NCBI GenBank assembly: GCA_023145475.1 | Contig: JAGLDR010000092.1 | Location: forward strand, 1 to 53,703 | Direction of reading: 5' to 3' | DNA length: 53,703 nt | Origin: a bacterium | GTDB lineage: Bacteria > UBP6 > UBA1177 > JAGLDR01 | In this document: piece by piece, positions 16,406 to 25,093 of the stretch | How positions within the stretch are numbered: the first letter of the stretch is position 1 | How the letters are laid out: each line of letters starts with the position of its first letter | Notes under the pieces: generated by a model | Databases searched by the model: none | Told to the model about the DNA's origin: nothing | The model's input: only the letters and a program-made list of their open reading frames with translations | Translations under genes and position numbers: made by a program

Positions 16406-17968
16406 CTATGCGTATTTACGCGTGATATAGTACTGTTGTGCAAGGCCAAGCACCGTGTTTACAAACCAATAAAGTGTCAGTCCACTCGGCATAAACAGTG
16501 AAATCCAGGTAAAAACAAGTGGCATAGTATAGAGCATTATTTTTGCCTGTGCGTTGTCCATCTGTTGTGGTGTCATCTTCTGTTGCAAGAACATAAGTGC
16601 GCCAAGTGAGACGGGCAAGATATAGTAGGGATCACGCATCGAGAGGTCTGTTAACCAGAATGGTAAAAACGGCGCGCCATAGAGTTCACCTGCATTGCTA
16701 ATCATATAGTAGAGTGCAATGTAGACGGGCATCTGTATAAACATTGGCAGGCAGCCACCAAGAGGATTAACCCCCTCTTTTTGATAGAGTGCCATCGTCT
16801 CTTTATTGAGCGCCTCTTTGTCATCTTTATATTTCTCTTTTAGTGCCGCTATTTTTGGCTGAAGAGACTTCATCTTATTCATTGATTTATATGATGCGTT
16901 ACTCAGTGGAAAGAGTAGAAGTTTGATAAGCAGTGTCAGAATGAGAATAGCGATTCCATAGTTTCCGATATAGATATAGAGAAAATTTAACACGACAAGG
17001 AGTGGCTTGCTCAGAAAGGTCATCCATCCAAAGTGAATCGACTGTTCGAGTCCTGGAGCCGCAGCTTTAAGATAGTGAGCCTCTTTTGGGCCGAGATAGA
17101 CGACAAAAGAGTCTGTTGAGTTTTTGCCTGGTTCAATAGTGTGTGATTCATATGAAACAATGAGGTCTGTCTTGTTGTTATCGGTATTGATATCGCCTGA
17201 TGGCACAATCTTTCTGCCGTCTGCAATGACAGAATAGAGGAAATAGCCATAATCAATTCCTGCAAATTCAATCTCTTTTGTTGTTGCGACAAATTCATCA
17301 ATCTCCTCTTTTGAGTCGAGTGTGTCCGCTGCGTTAGAGTTTCCTGCAACAATCTCAAACATTTTTCTTGTAGCATGAAAAATATCTTCATTTTGATATT
17401 GTGAGTGAAACGCAAGAGATGGCGTATACGAGATTGCTTTAGCGGTATTGTTAAACAATTTTCGAGTAATTTTAATGCGGTATCCATCAAGCAGCGTGAA
17501 TATCTTCTCTTCTGTAACACCTTCTTGAGTGTATGAAAGAATTAAGTTGCCATCGTGAATGCCTTTGTTCTCATAGGTTGGCTCTCCAGTGAAAAGAGTG
17601 CTTACTTCAGGAAAATAGGCACCTTCAGAAAGACCATCAAGAAGGTTGACCTCTTTTTTGTATCTTTTCCCTACTGTCACGGCTTCAAGAATTGCGCCTC
17701 GTTGTGTTGATACCGAGAGACGGATATCTTTTCCGGTTAATTCAATCTTTTCAACAGCATGTTGGCGAGCAACTTTCCGTTGAGGAGTCAATGTTACCGG
17801 TGGCGCTGCGTTCGGTAGCGTTGTTGGAGCTGGCTTTTGTGCTTGTGCCTCGTCTGTCTTCTGTTCTTGTGTTGTCTCTGCCTCTGGTTTTGGTGCAAAA
17901 AATTCGCCCCAGATAAACATAACAGCAACTGAGAGGACAAGTGCCATAATAAAATTTTTGTTTTCCAT
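16406..17968 (-). CDS. yidC: Membrane protein insertase YidC
   Basis: 520 aa with an N-terminal TM and a large periplasmic domain. The C-terminal core has GVNPLGGCLPMFIQMPVYIALYYM and LTLYWFVNTVLGLAQQ. Confidence 0.9.
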   Translation of the reverse strand: MENKNFIMALVLSVAVMFIWGEFFAPKPEAETTQEQKTDEAQAQKPAPTTLPNAAPPVTLTPQRKVARQHAVEKIELTGKDIRLSVSTQRGAILEAVTVGKRYKKEVNLLDGLSEGAYFPEVSTLFTGEPTYENKGIHDGNLILSYTQEGVTEEKIFTLLDGYRIKITRKLFNNTAKAISYTPSLAFHSQYQNEDIFHATRKMFEIVAGNSNAADTLDSKEEIDEFVATTKEIEFAGIDYGYFLYSVIADGRKIVPSGDINTDNNKTDLIVSYESHTIEPGKNSTDSFVVYLGPKEAHYLKAAAPGLEQSIHFGWMTFLSKPLLVVLNFLYIYIGNYGIAILILTLLIKLLLFPLSNASYKSMNKMKSLQPKIAALKEKYKDDKEALNKETMALYQKEGVNPLGGCLPMFIQMPVYIALYYMISNAGELYGAPFLPFWLTDLSMRDPYYILPVSLGALMFLQQKMTPQQMDNAQAKIMLYTMPLVFTWISLFMPSGLTLYWFVNTVLGLAQQYYITRKYA

Positions 17969-17980
17969 TTTTACTCCTAT

Positions 17981-18193
17981 TTAATCGACCGGGTCATGGC
18001 CAAAGTGTTTATTCCATGGATTACAGCGCAAAATTCGCCATCCTGCTTTTAGAGAGCCTTTTATAACACCCTTCTTCTCAAGGGCATCTATGGCATATTG
18101 TGAGCATGATGGATAAAATCGACAACTGTTTGCGGTAAACGGTGAAATCCATTTTTGATAAAATCTGATGAGGCTAATGAGTATTCTTTTCAT
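17981..18193 (-). CDS. yidD: Membrane protein insertion efficiency factor YidD
   Basis: [50 protein letters not shown]. The start is trimmed to MKRILISL, and the alternative longer start at 18238 is less likely. It overlaps the rnpA 3' end by 20 nt. Confidence 0.85.
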   Translation of the reverse strand: MKRILISLIRFYQKWISPFTANSCRFYPSCSQYAIDALEKKGVIKGSLKAGWRILRCNPWNKHFGHDPVD

Positions 18194-18518
18194 CGAGCCA
18201 CCCAATAAAAAAAGATAAATCTTGAGAAATAGCCGCAAAACTTAGTTTTGATGTTCGCGGTATGATAACTATATCAATGGGCTGATTGATTGTGGGACGA
18301 GTAAGACGATACGACTCTCTTACCCACCGTTTAACGAGACTACGAAAAACAGCGTTTCCCACCTTTTTAGTAACAATTACTCCGACGCGACTAAGAGTTG
18401 CCGGGGCATAATTGAATATCAGCTTTTTTGTGCGAAAAACTTTCCCTTCAACCTTCAGACGCGCAAAATCCCTGCCTTTAACCACACGATAAGCAGGCGG
18501 AAAGGGGTACGCCTTCAT
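18174..18518 (-). CDS. rnpA: RNase P protein component
   Basis: 114 aa and basic. [28 protein letters not shown] matches the RnpA RNR-type motif. It sits in the canonical position between rpmH and yidD. Confidence 0.8.
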   Translation of the reverse strand: MKAYPFPPAYRVVKGRDFARLKVEGKVFRTKKLIFNYAPATLSRVGVIVTKKVGNAVFRSLVKRWVRESYRLTRPTINQPIDIVIIPRTSKLSFAAISQDLSFFIGWLDEKNTH

Positions 18519-18530
18519 TGTTTGAAGATA

Positions 18531-18680
18531 CTACTTAGAGTAGATGGCAGCCGCAAGAACTTTACGACCTTTGCGACGACGAGCTTTAACAATCTTGCGA
18601 CCATCGGCTGTTCTCATGCGCTTTCTAAAACCGTGAGTTCTCTTACGGGAAACATTGCTTGGTTGAAATGTACGTTTCAT
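18531..18680 (-). CDS. rpmH: 50S ribosomal protein L34
   Basis: Not in the ORF track because it is under 60 aa. My translation is [49 protein letters not shown], followed by a TAG stop, which is canonical L34. The track ORF at 18522-18704 (+) is its antisense shadow. Confidence 0.95.
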   Translation of the reverse strand: MKRTFQPSNVSRKRTHGFRKRMRTADGRKIVKARRRKGRKVLAAAIYSK

Positions 18681-18721
18681 CTTATTAAATCTCCTGCGGA
18701 ATGACCAAAAAAAACGGTCTG

Positions 18722-18749
18722 ACTATACCCGACAATGTCTGTTTGTCAA
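18722..18749 (-). promoter_or_regulatory. Promoter of the rpmH-rnpA-yidD-yidC unit
   Basis: On the minus strand: TTGACA (18749-18744), a 16-nt spacer, then TATAGT (18727-18722), about 40 nt upstream of the rpmH ATG. Confidence 0.6.
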
Positions 18750-18911
18750 ATCAATTGAAATTAAATTGATGGTTTTACTGAAAATAATATCTGAGAATTG
18801 GGATTAATCCACCCCTGTTTTAATTTTTTAAATTACTAAAGTTGACAATTCACTTGTTTTCTGAGAAATTAGAGCGGAAATTTGGTGTGATGATTCACAG
18901 AAAAGGAGAAA

Positions 18912-20750
18912 ATGTCGATGGACCAGAACAATGCCGGAGCAGGAAAGCCTAAGATTGACAAAGAATATCTGAAAAAATTAGCAGATAAAATCAAGGCGGA
19001 GAAACAGAAAAAAGCGAATTTATCAGGACAGGCCCCAGCAGGAAAGCCAGCACAGCCCCCTGTTGTTCCAGAGTTGTTGACTGATGAAGATGAAGAGGAT
19101 ATGGCGGCAGAGAAGACAGCTATCATCGATCTTGCATCACTTTCAGGACATGCAGCTGATGCACGACTTGTTATTCTCGATGGTAAAGATCAAGGGAAGA
19201 GTCTTGATATCACGAGAGATGAGGTTTACTGTGGAAGAGGGTTGGACAACGATTTTGTCGTTAGTGATATATCTGTTTCGAGAAAACACTTTAAAGTTGT
19301 ACACGACGGAGACCATTTTACCGTACACGATACGGGGAGTGGAAATGGAATTCGAGTGAATGGCAAAAAAGAGTCAGGTGTTACACTATACCACAATGAT
19401 ATTATTACAGCTGGTGCGCGGAATGTTCGTTTTGACATACTGAATGAAGATATTCTTGCAAACTTCAGTCGTCAGTCAGAAAAGGGAGAGGAGCAAGTTA
19501 TTATTGAGCGCAAAGGTAGTTCTGCAGCAATGTGGACTATGGTTGTTGTTATGCTCCTTTTGATTGGTGGTGGTGGATACTATGTTGCTGTTTGGATGCC
19601 TCAGCACCAACAGCAGGCAGTGATTCCATTCAAACTTGGATTTGAAGAGTTAGACAGAGTTGATGAGTTGATAGAAGATCAAAAGTTAACGAAAGCTGAG
19701 CGATTGATTGCTTCATATCTGGGCAAACTGAAGCTAGAAGATATTAAAGAGAAGGCTCAACTGCAAACGAAGCAGAAACAAATTTCAGAAGAGAAAAAAA
19801 TAGAGGAAGCGATAAACAAAGCGAAAAAGCTTCTTGTTACTGGTAAAAAAGAAGAGATAGATGTTCTTCTGAAGAATGTTCCTCAAACAAGTATCTTCTA
19901 TAAAAATGTTAAGGCAGTAGCTGGAGCCGACCGAGTTATTGGGTGGAGACTTGCCGAAGTTGCTGTGATGATGGACAAGAAGAATGTTGATCAAGCAATC
20001 ACGACTTTGACAGATTTATTGGTTGATAATCCCGACAATAAGAAGATTAGTGCGATGAAAGATAAAATCTTGGGCACCGTTGGTGCAGAAAAGATGGAAG
20101 CCATCGCAAAAGAGGTTGCCAAGAAAAAGGAAGTAGCGAAAAAGAAAAAAGATGCCAAGCTTGCAAAGCGTAAAAAACGTATCGCAGCAGCAAAGAAGAA
20201 AAAAGCGAGACGCAAGAAAAAAGCGAGACGCAAGAAGGCAAAGAAGAAAAAAGTAGCAGTAGTTACCCCAGCTCTTGGATCAATGGATGTTGATGAGGCT
20301 GTTGACATGTATGCTTCAAAGAACTTCAATGGTGCTATCAAGTTGCTTAAGAAGATAGAGAAGAAGGGCGAGAGTTCAGCAGTCAAAAAATCTGCTAAAA
20401 AGACTCGTGTTAATGTTACAAAGTTTAAGCTTTTGTGGAAGAAAGCTAATAAGGCTAAGGGCGCAAAAAAGAAAAAGTTGCTAGAAATGTGTATGAAATA
20501 CGATACAAAAGTTTCTGGCGGTCGCCTTGCTGGTGAAATTCAAGATGCAATGGATAGTGCCGCGTCAGGTGGCGGAGCTGCCTCTGCTGATTTTGATCCA
20601 GATAGAGCAAAGAAGTTGTATATGGAGGGTCGTGCTAAAAAGACGAGTGATCCTGCAGCTGCTCGTGCTAAACTTGAAGAAGTTCTTAAGTTAGTTCCTA
20701 AGACGAATAAGTATTATAAGAAGGCGAAGAAACTCTTAAAGAAATTGTAA
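18912..20750 (+). CDS. FHA-domain membrane protein with a polybasic, helical C-terminal region
   Basis: FHA core: ARLVILDGKDQGKSLDITRDEVYCGRGLDNDFVVSDISVSRKHFKVVHDGDHFTVHDTGSGNGIRVNG. One TM helix (AAMWTMVVVMLLLIGGGGYYVAVWM) is followed by K/E-rich helices, including KKKKARRKKKARRKKAKKKK. Confidence 0.8.
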   Translation: MSMDQNNAGAGKPKIDKEYLKKLADKIKAEKQKKANLSGQAPAGKPAQPPVVPELLTDEDEEDMAAEKTAIIDLASLSGHAADARLVILDGKDQGKSLDITRDEVYCGRGLDNDFVVSDISVSRKHFKVVHDGDHFTVHDTGSGNGIRVNGKKESGVTLYHNDIITAGARNVRFDILNEDILANFSRQSEKGEEQVIIERKGSSAAMWTMVVVMLLLIGGGGYYVAVWMPQHQQQAVIPFKLGFEELDRVDELIEDQKLTKAERLIASYLGKLKLEDIKEKAQLQTKQKQISEEKKIEEAINKAKKLLVTGKKEEIDVLLKNVPQTSIFYKNVKAVAGADRVIGWRLAEVAVMMDKKNVDQAITTLTDLLVDNPDNKKISAMKDKILGTVGAEKMEAIAKEVAKKKEVAKKKKDAKLAKRKKRIAAAKKKKARRKKKARRKKAKKKKVAVVTPALGSMDVDEAVDMYASKNFNGAIKLLKKIEKKGESSAVKKSAKKTRVNVTKFKLLWKKANKAKGAKKKKLLEMCMKYDTKVSGGRLAGEIQDAMDSAASGGGAASADFDPDRAKKLYMEGRAKKTSDPAAARAKLEEVLKLVPKTNKYYKKAKKLLKKL

Positions 20751-20758
20751 TACGGGAT

Positions 20759-20799
20759 AGGGTCATTCCTCCACACTATCGGTGTGGCGGTTTGACTCT
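20759..20799. repeat. Structured palindromic repeat element (copy B of a REP-like family)
   Basis: AGGGTCA-TT-CCTCCACAC-TATCG-GTGTGGCGG-TT-TGACTCT. It has a 7-bp outer stem, a TT/TT internal loop and a 9-bp inner stem with one mismatch. Its reverse complement aligns without gaps (29/41 identical) to 37307-37347. Confidence 0.7.
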
Positions 20800-20837
20800 T
20801 CCGTTCAACGAATTTACATATACATATACATAAGTAA

Positions 20838-20856
20838 GACGCTCAGATTGAGCGTC
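20838..20856 (-). terminator. Hairpin terminator downstream of hisC (possibly bidirectional)
   Basis: GACGCTCA-GAT-TGAGCGTC gives an 8-bp stem. On the minus strand it is followed by TTACTTATGT. It lies 22 nt past the hisC stop. Confidence 0.5.
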
Positions 20857-20877
20857 GCTACATTGAATGTTTTTATA

Positions 20878-21969
20878 TTATAATACTTTTGTGAATCGTT
20901 TGATAAGTTCTTCAGTCTGTTCAATGGTTCCGAGTGTAACGCGAAAAAAGTGGTCCATATTTTCAAAGTTACTGCGATCTCTTGTGAAGACATTGAGCTT
21001 TTCAAGTTTTTCGAGAAGCTTTTTGTGTCCAGGGTAGTCAATCATCACAAAGTTTGCATGGCTATCAAAAACAGTGATGTTTCGTCCGCGCAGAAATTTG
21101 ATAAAGAGTGCTTTTGCCTCGGTGACTGATTGGACATATTTCTCGGTATATTCTTTATGCTCAAGTGCGGCAATTCCCGCTGCTTGTGCGAGGACATTAA
21201 CACTTTTTGGATTGAGTAGCTTTTTCAATGTTGTTATGATTGTTGAGTGGGCAAGCAGATAGCCAATACGAAGTCCGGCCATTGCAAATGCTTTTGAGAA
21301 TGTTCTTGAAACAATCAAGTTTGGATAGTGAGAGGTGAGGTCTGCCACTGATTTTCCTGCAAACTCAAAGTATGCTTCATCGACAAGGACAAGGGTATTC
21401 GGTGCGGCTTTTAATATCGATTCAATCTCTGCTTTGGTGAAGAGTGCACCTGTCGGATTGTTTGGATTGACAATATAGAGTAATTTTGTGTCTGGTCTGA
21501 GTGATTTGATGATAAAATGAGCGTCAGGGTTGAATGGGTGAGGGTCTGTGGGAAAGTCGATGTGAGCGCCTGCAGCTTCAACATGGGTGAGAAAGTGTGT
21601 GTATGTAGGAAGAGGAATAACAACATGGTCGCCTGGTTCAAGAAAAGTGCGTGTAATAAGTGCGAGTCCATCATCACTGCCATTGGTAGCGACGATTTCG
21701 TCTTGTCTGTTTCCTGTATATTCACTCAACTTTGCAATAAGAGTTTTACTAAAAAGTTCTGGATACCAGTTGAGGCTGTTCTGTCTATTTGTTACAACAT
21801 CAATCAGTGCCTTTTTTACTGCTGGTGATGGTGGAATTGTCGCTTCATTCCAATCAAGCTTTAATGGAGTCGGTCCACTTGGATCCATTTTATCACGAGA
21901 TACACTGGGTTCATAAATATCAATATTGTCAATAAACTGATTTGCCTTAATGCCGTTTTGTTTCATCAT
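20878..21969 (-). CDS. hisC: Histidinol-phosphate aminotransferase family protein (class II PLP aminotransferase)
   Basis: LKLDWNEATIPPSP, NPNNPTG, VLVDEAYFEF and SRTFSKAFAMAGLRIGY (PLP lysine). No other his genes are nearby, so the HisC versus CobD-like assignment is not certain. Confidence 0.7.
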   Translation of the reverse strand: MMKQNGIKANQFIDNIDIYEPSVSRDKMDPSGPTPLKLDWNEATIPPSPAVKKALIDVVTNRQNSLNWYPELFSKTLIAKLSEYTGNRQDEIVATNGSDDGLALITRTFLEPGDHVVIPLPTYTHFLTHVEAAGAHIDFPTDPHPFNPDAHFIIKSLRPDTKLLYIVNPNNPTGALFTKAEIESILKAAPNTLVLVDEAYFEFAGKSVADLTSHYPNLIVSRTFSKAFAMAGLRIGYLLAHSTIITTLKKLLNPKSVNVLAQAAGIAALEHKEYTEKYVQSVTEAKALFIKFLRGRNITVFDSHANFVMIDYPGHKKLLEKLEKLNVFTRDRSNFENMDHFFRVTLGTIEQTEELIKRFTKVL

Positions 21970-21998
21970 TGTACTCCAGTAACATCAGATAACGCTCG

Positions 21999-22012
21999 AT
22001 TGCAAATGCAAT
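21999..22012. promoter_or_regulatory. Perfect 14-bp palindrome upstream of hisC (candidate operator)
   Basis: ATTGCA-AA-TGCAAT, 30-43 nt upstream of the hisC ATG at 21969. Confidence 0.3.
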
Positions 22013-22085
22013 AAGAATGCCACTCGTAAAGCGGGATTAAATGGCACTATTTCATAGAAAAAGGAGCAATCATTGTAAAAGAAGT

Positions 22086-23168
22086 TTACAGCGCCGAATC
22101 CTTTTTTGTCTCTTTTAAGATAACGGTGATGTTATTTTCCTTCATTTTTTCTATTTTTCTGAGGCTTTTTTCATCAAGTGGGTTGTTAGCAATTTCAAGG
22201 TGGCGAAGTTTTGGAAGAAAGAGTAGTGGTTGAATGGCAGATATTTTATTATTGCTTAAGAGAATATGATTTAGTTTTTTAAGCCTTTGCAGAGCAATAA
22301 GTGTTGTGATTCTATTGCTTTCTGCGCCGAGCCACTCAAGTGAGCGCAGCGTTTTTAATGGTGAAATATCTCTAATTAAGTTGTTGGATATAAGCAGGCT
22401 TTTCAGCTGTTTCTTGTTGCGAAGGGGACGCAATGATATCAGCTTATTGTGGGCAATTCCGAGTCGCGTTAATCTTTTAAGACGCGTCAGCGGTGTTATA
22501 TCTCGAATTGTATTGTTGCCCAGCTCGAGGTGCGTCAGGCGATGCAAGTATTTAAGTGCTGAAATATCTTTAATCTTATTTGAATCTAACCAGAGCCATT
22601 CAAGTGATTTATTTAAACGCAATGGAGATATGTCGACTATCTTATTGTTGCTCAGTGTCAGCGCAGTAATTTTCTTTAGTGATTTTAAAAAGGTAAGTGT
22701 TGTTATATTGGTCTCTTCAAGACCTAGTTTTTTGATATTAATCAGTGATGAGATAGGTTTGAAGTTTTTAATAGGATTGTCGCCAAGACCGACTATTTCA
22801 AGCGTTACAAGTGTGGATAGTGGTGATATGTCCTCAATCTTATTCCCGTTGAGTCTGAGAACTTTTAGTTTTTTGAGGTTTTGCAATTCTGTGATGTCGA
22901 CAAGTGAGTTATTGACGAGTTGGAGTGAGTGAAGATTTGACATATAACGAATGCCGGTGATAACAAAAATCTCTTGTGCATTGCAAATAAGTGTTTCAAT
23001 AGATGCGAGGTCCGCGGGATATATCTCCCCCGTTTTTTTGAGAGTGGAGAGGACACACTGTTGAAAATTGATATCAACAAAGGAGATAGCTCTCTCTTCT
23101 GTCGCAATTCCGTGTAACGAAAAGGTTACAAATAAAAGAGATATAAGGAGAAGTCTAAAATTCTTCAT
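22086..23168 (-). CDS. Secreted leucine-rich repeat protein (internalin-like 22-residue LRRs)
   Basis: Signal peptide MKNFRLLLISLLFVTFSLHG. About 12 repeats follow the LxxLxxLxLxxNxIxDIxPL pattern, for example LKVLRLNGNKIEDISPLSTL, LEWLWLDSNKIKDISALKYL and LKSLLISNNLIRDISPLKTL. Confidence 0.8.
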   Translation of the reverse strand: MKNFRLLLISLLFVTFSLHGIATEERAISFVDINFQQCVLSTLKKTGEIYPADLASIETLICNAQEIFVITGIRYMSNLHSLQLVNNSLVDITELQNLKKLKVLRLNGNKIEDISPLSTLVTLEIVGLGDNPIKNFKPISSLINIKKLGLEETNITTLTFLKSLKKITALTLSNNKIVDISPLRLNKSLEWLWLDSNKIKDISALKYLHRLTHLELGNNTIRDITPLTRLKRLTRLGIAHNKLISLRPLRNKKQLKSLLISNNLIRDISPLKTLRSLEWLGAESNRITTLIALQRLKKLNHILLSNNKISAIQPLLFLPKLRHLEIANNPLDEKSLRKIEKMKENNITVILKETKKDSAL

Positions 23169-23283
23169 AACGGCATTGTACGATATTTAATTACATTTTA
23201 CAAATGAATTAGGTTATAATAATTTATATCTTGTAATGATTTGTACCGCAAGCGTTGTGAACGACTGGTCTAGAAGTAAAATC

Positions 23284-23311
23284 TTGCACTAAAAACAAAA
23301 TTTGATACAAT
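23284..23311 (+). promoter_or_regulatory. Promoter of the coiled-coil protein gene
   Basis: TTGCAC (23284-23289), a 16-nt spacer ending in TGA, then TACAAT (23306-23311). Confidence 0.5.
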
Positions 23312-23349
23312 GCTCTGCTGTGTTTTGTGAATCGTACTGTGGAGTTTTA

Positions 23350-24771
23350 ATGATGAGAAATTTTTTAATAATCCTTTTGGGGCTTTTTCTTTTAGCCGTA
23401 TCTACGCTCGATGCTAAAAGCTGCTCTGCGGTAGATAGCGAATTTAAACAGCGAGTTAAGACACTGAAAGGGCGGTGGGCTCGTGAGGATGCGTCACTTG
23501 AGAAGCGACTTTCTATCGTTGAGAAAAAGATAACCGCACTTGATAACGCTTTTTCAAAAGAGGTTGATGTCTTAATGAAAAAGAATGAAAGCGATAAAAA
23601 AAGAGACACCAAGCGGGAGAAGCAGCGCTACAACCGAAGTATGCTTATTGTTGAAAAGCAGAGAGCTGCCTATAAAAAAAGAGAGGCAAAGGCTTTTGCA
23701 GTAAAGATGAAAAAAATTGAAAAGTTAAAAAAAGATCGCAAGGCACTGAAAATAAAAATCTCGGATGCTGAGCAGATTAAATCGACAATGGAAGAGGCGT
23801 TTTCTAAAGCTGAAAAGAAGGTGTTGTTTCAAATTGAACGAATTCGTATGCAGAATGAAGATAAGACAAGAAAGTTCAAGCGAGAGATAGAAGAAGATTA
23901 CCAAAAAGAGTTTAATTCGCTGAATAAAAAGTTTGAAGAGTGGGATACAAAAGAGGAGAAAGAGCGCGTAAAGTTGACTGTTGCTGACAAAGAAATTGAG
24001 ACCTTTGCAGCTACTCAAATGGAAAAGGTTGAAGTGTTGCGGAAAGAGCTCGATGCAAAACGCGCTGCACTGAATGAGAAAAAGTTGAAGCCAGAAGAGT
24101 TAGAAAAGCAAGAGATGGAGCTCGATATTACGCTCGCAAAAGAGAGTGATAAGTTAAATAAAGAGCTGAATAGATATAGAAAGAAGAAACTTACTGAAAA
24201 AAAGAGGGCAAAGCTTCTTTTTAAAAAGTTTTTGCAACAAAAGAAATCATATAAAAAACGCCATAATAAGATGGTTAAACTTGCTCAGAAAAAGAGAGAT
24301 TCCCGCCTGAAACAATTTAAGGCAGGGCAGGGAAGAGAGGAGAAAAAGTGGGAAAGAGAGCGCAAAATGCGTGGAGCAACCTACAAAAAGAATCTTGAAC
24401 GAAAATATGGAACAAAACGAAAGGCGCTGCAAAAGAAGTTGGATAAGCTTGATGTGAATATCACTAAATCTGAGAATGGATTGGAAAAATTCAAGGTAAA
24501 GCAGTCTCGAATGCGTGGAAAAAAGGAGTCAGTGTGGAAGAGAGAAGAGGGTAAAGCAGAAGATTGGCGTAATACAGCACACGAAGAGATTGCTGTTAAA
24601 TATGAAAATAAGATTATGCTCAAAAGAAAGAGAATGACGGATAAGAAAAAGAAGCTGATGACGAAGAGAGATAAGTTTATCGCTCAACAAAATTCTGTTC
24701 GAAAGAAACGGCAGAAAAAACTCAATAAGATGAAAAAACAATACACTCAACAGAAATCTCGCTGCAAATAG
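23350..24771 (+). CDS. Secreted Lys/Glu-rich coiled-coil protein
   Basis: Start trimmed to MMRNFLIILLGLFLLAVSTLDA (signal peptide), with GGAG 5 nt upstream. The remaining ~450 aa are almost entirely K/E/R/L/A heptad-like helix with no globular motif. Confidence 0.65.
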   Translation: MMRNFLIILLGLFLLAVSTLDAKSCSAVDSEFKQRVKTLKGRWAREDASLEKRLSIVEKKITALDNAFSKEVDVLMKKNESDKKRDTKREKQRYNRSMLIVEKQRAAYKKREAKAFAVKMKKIEKLKKDRKALKIKISDAEQIKSTMEEAFSKAEKKVLFQIERIRMQNEDKTRKFKREIEEDYQKEFNSLNKKFEEWDTKEEKERVKLTVADKEIETFAATQMEKVEVLRKELDAKRAALNEKKLKPEELEKQEMELDITLAKESDKLNKELNRYRKKKLTEKKRAKLLFKKFLQQKKSYKKRHNKMVKLAQKKRDSRLKQFKAGQGREEKKWERERKMRGATYKKNLERKYGTKRKALQKKLDKLDVNITKSENGLEKFKVKQSRMRGKKESVWKREEGKAEDWRNTAHEEIAVKYENKIMLKRKRMTDKKKKLMTKRDKFIAQQNSVRKKRQKKLNKMKKQYTQQKSRCK

Positions 24772-24838
24772 GGCGCGTTAAAACAAGTTTGTTCATCAAG
24801 CGCATTGTGCGTGTTCAAAAAGTATAGTCTACTTTAAC

Positions 24839-24867
24839 TTGACGATACACCTCCTCTCTGATACATT
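24839..24867 (+). promoter_or_regulatory. Promoter of the small-ORF/Roadblock-like/aroQ unit
   Basis: TTGACG (24839-24844), a 17-nt spacer, then TACATT (24862-24867). Confidence 0.5.
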
Positions 24868-24892
24868 TTTACTTGAAACAGGTGGAGGTAAT

Positions 24893-25093
24893 ATGGTTAC
24901 AGATACAATGTTATTTCTCTCTATTCGTCAACGAAATTGGGATGCCGCGGTTGAGTTAGCCGTTGCATTGCAGGAAGAAGAGGCGACACAGAGACAAGAG
25001 GCAATCTACCGAGCAGTTGTACACGCTGCGGCGGGTGATGGTGTGGCTCAATTTTTACTAACAATATTGGTGGAAACAGAATGGAACAGTTAG
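24893..25093 (+). CDS. Small helical protein (66 aa), unknown function
   Basis: Start trimmed to the ATG after GGTGGAGG (MVTDTMLFLSIRQRNWDAAVELAVALQEEE...). Its 3' end overlaps the next gene by 13 nt. Support comes only from the RBS and the coupling. Confidence 0.4.
   Translation: MVTDTMLFLSIRQRNWDAAVELAVALQEEEATQRQEAIYRAVVHAAAGDGVAQFLLTILVETEWNS

Noticed and set aside
18522-18704. 60-aa plus-strand ORF.
   Set aside because: It is the antisense shadow of rpmH. The minus strand gives a textbook L34 sequence.
18681-18911. Possible replication origin, because rpmH-rnpA-yidD-yidC usually neighbours dnaA/oriC.
   Set aside because: No dnaA gene is present. I found only one 7/9 match to TTATCCACA (TAATCCACC near 18806) and no cluster of boxes or AT-rich 13-mers. 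The spacer is explained by two divergent promoters.
22306-22932. 208-aa ORF antisense to the LRR gene. Similar long alternative-frame or antisense ORFs occur at 19991-20386, 34180-34626, 47422-47730 and 47503-47946.
   Set aside because: All lie inside repetitive or low-complexity coding regions (LRR, poly-Lys, Ala/Glu tail, TSP3 repeats), where stop-free alternative frames arise trivially. None has a start context or recognisable motifs.
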